A stretch of 64,000 nucleotides of DNA from NCBI GenBank assembly GCA_002269645.1, contig NIVC01001827.1:248001-312000 (forward strand). Reading direction: 5' to 3'. The translations under genes were made by a program, and so were the position numbers. The notes under the pieces were generated by a model, which saw only the letters and a list, made by a program, of their open reading frames with translations, had not been told where the DNA came from and did not search any database. Below are positions 62,098 to 64,000 of the stretch, in pieces. Origin of the DNA: Macrostomum lignano (lineage: Eukaryota). The stretch's first letter is position 1; each line of letters opens with the position of its first letter.

Positions 62098-62302
62098 AGA
62101 TTAAACATGCCTTTTGAGGGAGTTATTTGTATAAATCACGAGGGCCTGAGGCCCGAGGGATTTATGAAAATAACTCCCGAAAAAGGCATGTGTAATCTCG
62201 TATAAACCATAGACATAAAGACTTTACGGGATATTTTTGAATATTACCAAATAAAATCCCGGAGAACGCAAATATTGTCACGGAAAGTCTTTATTTCTAT
62301 GG
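62098..62302. mobile_element. Non-coding hairpin element with CGAG-stem-loop-CGAG core followed by a short IR-bounded cassette
   Basis: Arms about 62098-62138 / 62158-62198 surround CGAGGGCCTGAGGCCCGAG. Then CCATAGACATAAAGACTTT (62207) / AAAGTCTTTATTTCTATGG (to 62302), 18/19 IR. Confidence 0.6.
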
Positions 62303-62366
62303 ATTATTGCTGCTATTCCCACCCGATTTACGGGGCTCAAATGTCACGGAAATCTTCAATCCTCAT

Positions 62367-62816
62367 CACAGATACTAAAATAACCAAATGGGCCACTCAG
62401 GCATATATACTCGTACTTAGCAAAACAGCTTTCTACTTTCAGTTCAGTAGCAAAGAAGAATACATAAGCTATTTTTTAAAAAATAAAGGCTGCTGAAATG
62501 ACTCTGACTCTGACTCTGAGTTTAGAAGCCCAAACTTGCAGGCGTGAACAACTTGCTAATTGGTTCAGCAATACTGTAGTGTACATTAGCCAGTCCCCTG
62601 AAATGTACATGGCAGCTTTAGGCTGGAATAAAATTGGGGCGGGACGGTGGTAAAGTGGTAAGGCGCGGCTGGAGGGTTAAGCTGGGGGTAAGAGCCATTA
62701 AATAAGCCTTGGATTTAAAAATACATTAAAATGCTTCAGTTTAACTTACTACTGAACTGAAAGTAGCTTACACGCAAATGTGCTGAGTGGCCCATCTAGT
62801 TATTCTAGTATCTGTG
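62367..62816. mobile_element. MITE with about 35-bp imperfect TIRs (CACAGATACT...) and an 8-bp TSD (hAT or P superfamily)
   Basis: TSD ATCCTCAT at 62359-62366 and 62817-62824. TIRs CACAGATACTAAAATAACCAAATGGGCCACTCAG / CTGAGTGGCCCATCTAGTTATTCTAGTATCTGTG. Confidence 0.88.
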
Positions 62817-63537
62817 ATCCTCATGATAGATTTGGGCTGGGTAAGGAGGGATTTGGAAGAGCGGAGGGCGAATACTGGACGGATTGAAGCTACCACCTGA
62901 TTTTCGTTGTTTTTTCCAGCATTTTAAAATATCAAAATGGTTGACCAGGTGATAGACGCTGGTCGAAAGACACTGATCTTTCAGTGTCTTTCCTAATTCC
63001 TAATTCTATCTCCAATTGTGAAGTAATTATGTACCTTTATGAAGCATTGAATGCTAAATGATCCTCACCGAGTCATACTGCTCACAGCTGGTGCAACAGG
63101 TGCAGCTGCTGACGCTATCGGCGCCCTACTGGTGAGAGGACAGGCGCGCACTCGGCAATTCGTCGGATACCTGCTGACTGATGTCGGCGCCCTGGATTTG
63201 GTCGGCAGTGCAGCCTGCACTGCGACGCTGTTCTCATCTCGATATTAAGACTTACTGACAGGGAATTCTTTGCTGCTCCCAGGCTTAAAAGATACGAGTA
63301 CACATGTTGCGATACAATGTCCCAGGGCGAATGATGTCTTTAAAATCCAGTAAGCCGCCACTAACTGCCCTACAAAGAACGGAACAGTGATGAGCTGATT
63401 AAAATCGGGTATACGAGGGCCCAAAGTCTTTTTTGCTGATTCTTTCAAAAAAGTTTCGTAAAAAGATCCGAGCATATGAGTCCGGTAACAAGGAAACAGC
63501 ACATCAGGAGTTTAGTAGCGAAAAAGCGAAAAGCACT

Positions 63538-63602
63538 GGGAATCGAGCCTGGGCTGCTGGCACATCAGAGCACCGCGCTAGACCTCTGGGCTACGGCACC
63601 CC
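63538..63602 (-). mobile_element. tRNA-like head of SINE family 2 (body differs)
   Basis: Reverse complement GGGGTGCCGTAGCCCAGAGGTCTAGCGCGGTGCTCTGATGTGCCAGCAGCCCAGGCTCGATTCCC matches the head at 36124. Confidence 0.65.
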
Positions 63603-63663
63603 GAAGACAAAGCTTTATTGAGAATAAAAGCTTTCCTTCGACAAAAATTTTCTGATTAAAAGT

Positions 63664-63945
63664 TGGCTTTGTGGATCCGATTAAGAGAAAGAAACTCCGA
63701 TTTTTCCGTTATGTTGTGAGAAGTGATGGAGTGCTGAAGGCTGTGGTAGAAGGTGGTGTTGAGGGACACAGGGGCAGAGGCAGGCCACAAGATGACTGGG
63801 CAGGCAATCTGAAGCTGCAGAGTGGCGAGAGTATGATGCAGCTGAGCAGGATGGCCTTGAATCGTAGGAGGTGGAGAGTCGCTGTCGAGAATCGGGTGCA
63901 CCAACGGCCATACTGGCTACGGACCTGATGATGATGGCAATGATG
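63664..63945 (+). mobile_element. 5'-truncated RTE-clade non-LTR retrotransposon 3' end
   Basis: RKKLRFFRYVVRSDGVLKAVVEGGVEGHRGRGRPQDDWAGNL...ALNRRRWR matches the RTE/BovB-type C-terminal motif and is followed by a (TGA)n-like tail. Confidence 0.85.
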
Positions 63946-64000
63946 AAAAGTAGAAATAAAGTACATTTAGATAGTTTCTGTTCTATGATTTTTTAGAATG

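Noticed and set aside
63040-63250. GC-rich segment as a minus-strand exon
   Set aside because: A plausible donor exists, but no frame gives a recognisable product.

Overview
Animal (metazoan) nuclear DNA with GT-AG introns and very dense mini- and microsatellites. The style suggests a free-living flatworm such as Macrostomum, but this is an unverified inference. 1-29.5 kb holds one multi-exon RGS-domain (R4/RGS3-like) gene on +, with two probable alternative first coding exons and introns full of tandem arrays, SINEs and hAT-derived CT-rich elements. 32.6-47.1 kb is RNA polymerase II largest subunit (RPB1/POLR2A, minus, 6 coding exons, about 36-heptad CTD, two 1-nt frameshifts in G-runs). It lies head-to-head with NDUFS8 (47.9-52.1 kb, +, 4 exons) across an AT-rich, transposon-filled domain. 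53-64 kb is accessory: a Tc1/IS630-like deletion derivative, two paralogous genes sharing an unrecognised Cys-containing domain, a LITAF-domain ORF, MITEs, SINEs and an RTE fragment. The main finding is a quasi-palindromic unit of about 2.9 kb (56910-59842). A Crypton/DUF3504-type tyrosine recombinase gene and a divergently oriented, catalytically degenerate C-terminal paralogue each sit between their own inverted repeats, on either side of a central strand-asymmetric hairpin (CGAG-stem-GAA-stem-CGAG). A sequence-unrelated non-coding element with the same hairpin core lies at about 62.1 kb. Most ORF-track entries are translations of simple repeats and were rejected.
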